The notes beneath the pieces were generated by a model that saw only the letters and a list, made by a program, of their open reading frames with translations, was not told the DNA's origin and did no database searches. 64,000 nucleotides of DNA from Armatimonadota bacterium (GTDB lineage Bacteria > Armatimonadota > UBA5829 > DTLH01): positions 63,743-127,742 of the forward strand of contig JBBRAE010000008.1 in assembly GCA_038207085.1 (NCBI GenBank). Direction: 5' to 3'. The translations under genes were made by a program, and so were the position numbers. Below are positions 60,058-64,000 of this stretch, one piece after another (positions within the stretch are counted from its first letter, which is position 1; every line of letters starts with the position of its first letter).

Positions 60058-60597
60058 TTGTTTCTCCCAACGTAAATGGTGTTTCCTGCCATTTGCGTTC
60101 TCGTGTTCATAAATATGGCAGCAGCGCAGTCTTTTGCACTGCGAGAAGGCTCATGAACACTATGTGCCCACTGCCCGAATGGGCGACGGCTGGCTTAAGT
60201 CGTGCGCAAACGCCACAGATCACTCTCACATGTGAGCGTTCCTCTCAAATCAATTATCGACTTTATACACGGCATCTTTAGAGTAAATGATCCAATTATG
60301 TGTTCAATTGGTCAGGTTTGTTCCGATTGGCCGCTACTCATCAATACGGCTCACCTGGTTCGCGCAGTTCCCTCCTGTACGTCTGGCTTGGTGAAAAAAG
60401 AATTTTTACGGGGAGAACTAGAGATTTGGTTCAAAAACATTCTGGAGAACTCAGTGATATAGCCATATATTCCACATGTTGATGATAACACCATGACTCA
60501 TCAGTGTCAATAATTCTGGCATTTACCCTGGTAATTCTACCTGAATTCCACCTTCATATATAAAATTGTGGGGACTATTTGCGCAAAACTGCACGGC

Positions 60598-60613
60598 TGG
60601 CACTGTTCTTGCA
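60598..60613 (+). promoter_or_regulatory. sigma54 (-24/-12) promoter of the PEP-CTERM gene
   Basis: TGGCAC-TGTTC-TTGCA, a perfect consensus ~80 nt upstream of the start. Confidence 0.85.
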
Positions 60614-60691
60614 ACTAGGGTTACTGAGTGGCAGCCGGTACTGCCGCTGCAGTAGTAAAATAAGTATACCGAGAAGGTGGTGCGTGTGATT

Positions 60692-61609
60692 ATGAATCGC
60701 ATGTTGTTTGTAAGTGCGGTCCTCGTCGCGGTCGTATGCCTATGCATGCCTTCCGTGGCGGGAGAAAAACCTGCCCCTGGCGCATTCTTGAACTACCGTG
60801 TAGACAGCGTTAGTGGTCTGGTAAGCCAGATTGACACCGAGCCTCGCGTGGCTGCTCGATATGCCGAGCATTTCCATGTCAGCCCTGCGGCGCTCAAGGA
60901 CTATCTGAAGAACAATGTTAGGCTGATCACCCTGAAAAGGCCGACCCAAGCGGTGGAGTATTTCACCAAAAAGGGCGGCGGTATCGGCTCTGACCGGCGT
61001 GTTCTGCCTGCCGGCACGAGAGTCTTCGCTACGACAAGTGGCGAACTTGTGCTGGAGTGGCGCTGCGGAAACCCGCTCGCTGCGAGGCTGCCTGTCAGTA
61101 TCCAGACAAAAGCTGAGCCCGCGAGGAAGCCTGTGCCGTCAGTTGTCAGCAAGGCTGTCACTGAGGCCCAGCCCGCAGCTTTGAGCACGGCTCCTATCGA
61201 GGCGCCCATAACGGCGACAGCCCCTGTGGCTGAGACGACGTTGCTCAACCCTGAAGCGCCGATCGAACTTGCCGAAGGGCCGATCATTCCGCCTGCAGTG
61301 AGCGTATTGCCGAGTGTTGAAACTCTTGCTCCTGCGGCTGTAATGACACCGGTCGTTCCGACGACGGTTCCGCCGGCAGTGGCTGTGACCACCAGTCCGG
61401 CGATAACAGCTCCGCCCGTAATCGCTTCGAGCGGCGGCAGCAAGTTCCCGTGGATCATTCCGCTTCTCATCGGCGCTGGCGCCGGTATTGCAGGCGGTGG
61501 CGGTGGGAACACTCCGGAGCCGCCCGTTACTCCCGAGCCTGCGACGCTGATGCTTCTTAGCGCTGGTGTTGCCGCTGTCGGGTTCAAAATCAGGACAATC
61601 AAACGCTAA
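60692..61609 (+). CDS. PEP-CTERM surface protein (signal peptide, CGNPL domain, Pro/Ala/Thr-rich stalk)
   Basis: C-terminus TPEPATLMLLSAGVAAVGFKIRTIKR; N-terminal domain ends LPAGTRVF..LEWRCGNPL. Confidence 0.88.
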   Translation: MNRMLFVSAVLVAVVCLCMPSVAGEKPAPGAFLNYRVDSVSGLVSQIDTEPRVAARYAEHFHVSPAALKDYLKNNVRLITLKRPTQAVEYFTKKGGGIGSDRRVLPAGTRVFATTSGELVLEWRCGNPLAARLPVSIQTKAEPARKPVPSVVSKAVTEAQPAALSTAPIEAPITATAPVAETTLLNPEAPIELAEGPIIPPAVSVLPSVETLAPAAVMTPVVPTTVPPAVAVTTSPAITAPPVIASSGGSKFPWIIPLLIGAGAGIAGGGGGNTPEPPVTPEPATLMLLSAGVAAVGFKIRTIKR

Positions 61610-61653
61610 ACCACCCTTTAAATAGAGGGGCGGCCTCAGGGCTGCCCCTCGGT

Positions 61654-61737
61654 TTAGCCCGCTTTATTCGTGAAGCGAATAAAGCTTTCGCTAACAGAGC
61701 ATTATTCACGCTACTCGTGAAAAATGCGTTTTAGCCC
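61654..61737 (+). repeat. Double-hairpin intergenic repeat, copy D (84 bp)
   Basis: Almost identical to copy B and bounded by TTAGCCC at both ends. Confidence 0.9.
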
Positions 61738-61780
61738 CAAGCCTCTTGAACCATTGCCCCAGATGCCGTATAATCACCCC

Positions 61781-63184
61781 GTGGATACTTCTCGGAGAAT
61801 GAGATCACTTCCTTCGGTTGACCGCCTGCTTTCGCACCCCACGGTGCAGCAAGTGCAGGGCATTTTGCCGCGTCAGGTGTTAGTCGATTCTATCAGAGCC
61901 ACGCTGGACGACCTCCGAATAGCTATCAAGTCAGGCACAGACCCTAAAACGAATCTCGACCATATCGCCCTGACAGCCCTGGCCCGTGCAAAAGCCTGTG
62001 TCGCTCCGTCCCTCGGCCCAGCCGTGAACGCAACCGGCATTGTTCTCCACACCGGCCTTGGGCGCGCGGTCCTGTCCTCGGAGGCCCGGGCAGCGGTCGC
62101 CTCGGTGGCGGAAGGTCACAGCACCCTTGAGATCGACCCCGAGACCGGTCACCGCGGTTCCCGCCAGTCCCACATCGAGGATATTTTATGCAAATTGACC
62201 GGCGCAGAGGCCGCAATGGCCGTCAACAACAACGCCGCCGCCGTGTTCCTTGCGATCAACTCGCTTGCGGCCGGGATGGACGTGATCATCTCGCGTGGCC
62301 AGCTTGTTGAGATCGGCGGCCAGTTCCGGGTTCCCGACATCATCAAGCGCGCCGGATGCCGCCTGGTTGAGGTCGGAACGACCAATCGTACCCGTATCGA
62401 CGACTATAGCGACGCCCTCACCGGAGACTCCGCCCTGATCCTTCGCGTTCACCCCAGCAACTTCCGTGTCGTCGGCTTCACGGAGGAGGCGTCCATCGAA
62501 GAGATGGTAGAGCTCGCCCACGGAGCCAGGCTCCCTGTTATTGACGATCTGGGCAGCGGTGCGCTGATCGACCTTTCGCGTTTCGGCCTCACCGACGAGC
62601 CGATGGTCCAGACCAGCGTTTCGGCAGGCTGCGACATCGTCACCTTCAGCGGTGACAAGCTCCTTGGCGGCCCCCAGGCGGGCATTCTGGTCGGCTCCAG
62701 GGAGTCGATCGACCGCTGCCGCACAAACCCGCTCGCCCGCGCCGTCAGAATCGACAAACTGAGTCTTGCCGCGCTTGAGGCGACTCTCAAGCTCTATCTC
62801 GACCCCGAGGGCGCGATCGAGAAGATCCCCGTGCTCCGATGTATAGCAAGGCCCGTTGACGATATCGAGAAAGTGGCAAATCACGTTGCCTCTCAGATTC
62901 AGAAATTAGTAGGGCGGGGGACGAGCGTTGAAGTGATCGACTCCCAATCCGAGGTCGGTGGTGGCTCACTTCCGGGCCAGCAGTTGCTGAGCAAAAGCAT
63001 TGCTCTGAAGAGCGAGCACTTTTCTTCCGAATATTTGAGTAATCGGTTCAGGCAGTTTAATAAACCGATATTTGGGCGTATCGAGGCAGGCCGCCTGCTT
63101 TTCGACCTCCGCACCGTCGAACCGGAGGAGACCGACGAAATCGTCGACTGCGCCAGATCCGTGTTCCAAGATTTCGCCCACTAA
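61781..63184 (+). CDS. selA: L-seryl-tRNA(Sec) selenium transferase
   Basis: LPSVD, NATGIVLHTGLGRA, VNNNAAA, SRGQLVEIGG, EVGTTNRT, HPSNF and FSGDKLLGGPQAG. Confidence 0.96.
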   Translation: MDTSRRMRSLPSVDRLLSHPTVQQVQGILPRQVLVDSIRATLDDLRIAIKSGTDPKTNLDHIALTALARAKACVAPSLGPAVNATGIVLHTGLGRAVLSSEARAAVASVAEGHSTLEIDPETGHRGSRQSHIEDILCKLTGAEAAMAVNNNAAAVFLAINSLAAGMDVIISRGQLVEIGGQFRVPDIIKRAGCRLVEVGTTNRTRIDDYSDALTGDSALILRVHPSNFRVVGFTEEASIEEMVELAHGARLPVIDDLGSGALIDLSRFGLTDEPMVQTSVSAGCDIVTFSGDKLLGGPQAGILVGSRESIDRCRTNPLARAVRIDKLSLAALEATLKLYLDPEGAIEKIPVLRCIARPVDDIEKVANHVASQIQKLVGRGTSVEVIDSQSEVGGGSLPGQQLLSKSIALKSEHFSSEYLSNRFRQFNKPIFGRIEAGRLLFDLRTVEPEETDEIVDCARSVFQDFAH

Positions 63185-63213
63185 GCTTCGTTCTACGAAG
63201 GAGAACAATAGGA

Positions 63214-63819
63214 ATGTCTAACAACCTGGATGGACTTAATGGCATGGACAAATTCTACAAGCAGACTATTGCCGCGCTTGTAGCCGCTCAGGGTGAGCGC
63301 GACAGCATCGCCGAGGCCCACAGTGAGCGCGTGCGAACCTATGCGGCGATCATCGCCGAGGCGCTTGGCGGACTTTCCGAAGAGGACTTGAAGAACGTCG
63401 GCTACGCCGCGAGCCTTCATGACATCGGGAAAGTAGCAGTTTCAAGTAAGATATTAAACAAACTTGGACGCCTCACTGAGGATGAGTTCAAGGTGATGCG
63501 CGAGCACTCGCTTGTCGCTGCCAAGATATTGGAAAAGATCGAAGGCCTGAAGGGTGCGATCCCCTACATCCGCCACCACCACGAACGCTACGACGGCACT
63601 GGCTATCCCGACGGCCTCGCGGGTGAGGACATTCCGCTCGGCGCAAGAATTATCGCCGTTGCCGAGACCTACGACATTTTGACATCTGACGTCCCCTGGC
63701 GAAAAGCCTTAAGCCGTGAAGCCGCGGCAGATGAGATCGAAAGCTGCAGCGGCGGCCAGTTCGACCCCAAAGTCGTCCAGGCTATGCGAATCGCCTTGCA
63801 ACCGACAACAATTCACTAA
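63214..63819 (+). CDS. Stand-alone HD-GYP domain protein
   Basis: HSERV, LHDIGK, HHERYDGTGYPDGL and QFDP. Confidence 0.92.
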   Translation: MSNNLDGLNGMDKFYKQTIAALVAAQGERDSIAEAHSERVRTYAAIIAEALGGLSEEDLKNVGYAASLHDIGKVAVSSKILNKLGRLTEDEFKVMREHSLVAAKILEKIEGLKGAIPYIRHHHERYDGTGYPDGLAGEDIPLGARIIAVAETYDILTSDVPWRKALSREAAADEIESCSGGQFDPKVVQAMRIALQPTTIH

Positions 63820-64000
63820 GAGCGTGTCTGAGAAGTGTAGTGGCCGTCCTCCGTGACGGCCATCGGCTCCGAAGGAGCTGGAAAACGGTGGAATTTCGTG
63901 CCAATTGAACATTGATACGAGATTGCGCCGTAGGGCAGCGCCTACGGCGCTGATGGCCGGCACGGCGACCGGCCACTACAATCGGGATTTCTCAGACACG
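63820..64000. mobile_element. MITE-like non-coding element with terminal inverted repeats and internal GTAG-REP palindromes (right end truncated by the window)
   Basis: CGTGTCTGAGAA (63823-63834) is inverted as TTCTCAGACACG (63989-64000); inside lies an inverted pair of TGTAGTGGCCG..CGGCCAT hairpins. Confidence 0.6.

Noticed and set aside
1..64000. CRISPR array, rRNA or transposase genes
   Set aside because: No regularly spaced direct repeats with unique spacers, no rRNA-like segments and no transposase ORF seen; the repeats found are dispersed palindromes.

Overview
GC-rich bacterial chromosomal window from a probable fermentative anaerobe. Armatimonadota-like affinity is inferred only from protein styles and was not tested. 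In order, it holds: a frameshifted glycyl-radical (PFL-family) gene running off the left edge; an OmpR-type regulator; sugar-nucleotide and envelope genes; a PAS-SpoIIE phosphatase; tRNA-Leu(GAG); a formate/nitrite channel; two tandem ~1120-aa secreted carbohydrate-active paralogues; a 4xGAF-PAS histidine kinase paired with a sigma54 activator that lacks a DNA-binding domain; a large secreted metalloprotease/beta-helix protein; a 10-gene [FeFe]-hydrogenase operon with Rex-like boxes, whose HydB/NuoF subunit is fused to a complete NADPH-type GltD/NfnB-like flavoprotein domain; a double PD-(D/E)XK nuclease gene split by one in-frame TGA; a promoter-driven ~95-nt structured RNA candidate before guaB-guaA-hpt; rho, DNA-repair genes, two pilins and ftsY; an EPS/exosortase cluster with a divergent sigma54-driven PEP-CTERM gene; selA; and an HD-GYP gene. 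Intergenic spaces carry several repeat families, notably an 84-bp double-hairpin element (4 copies, covarying stems, overlapping TAG stop codons) and a MITE-like element at the right edge. No CRISPR array, rRNA or transposase was seen. All calls come from reading the sequence; no database searches were run.
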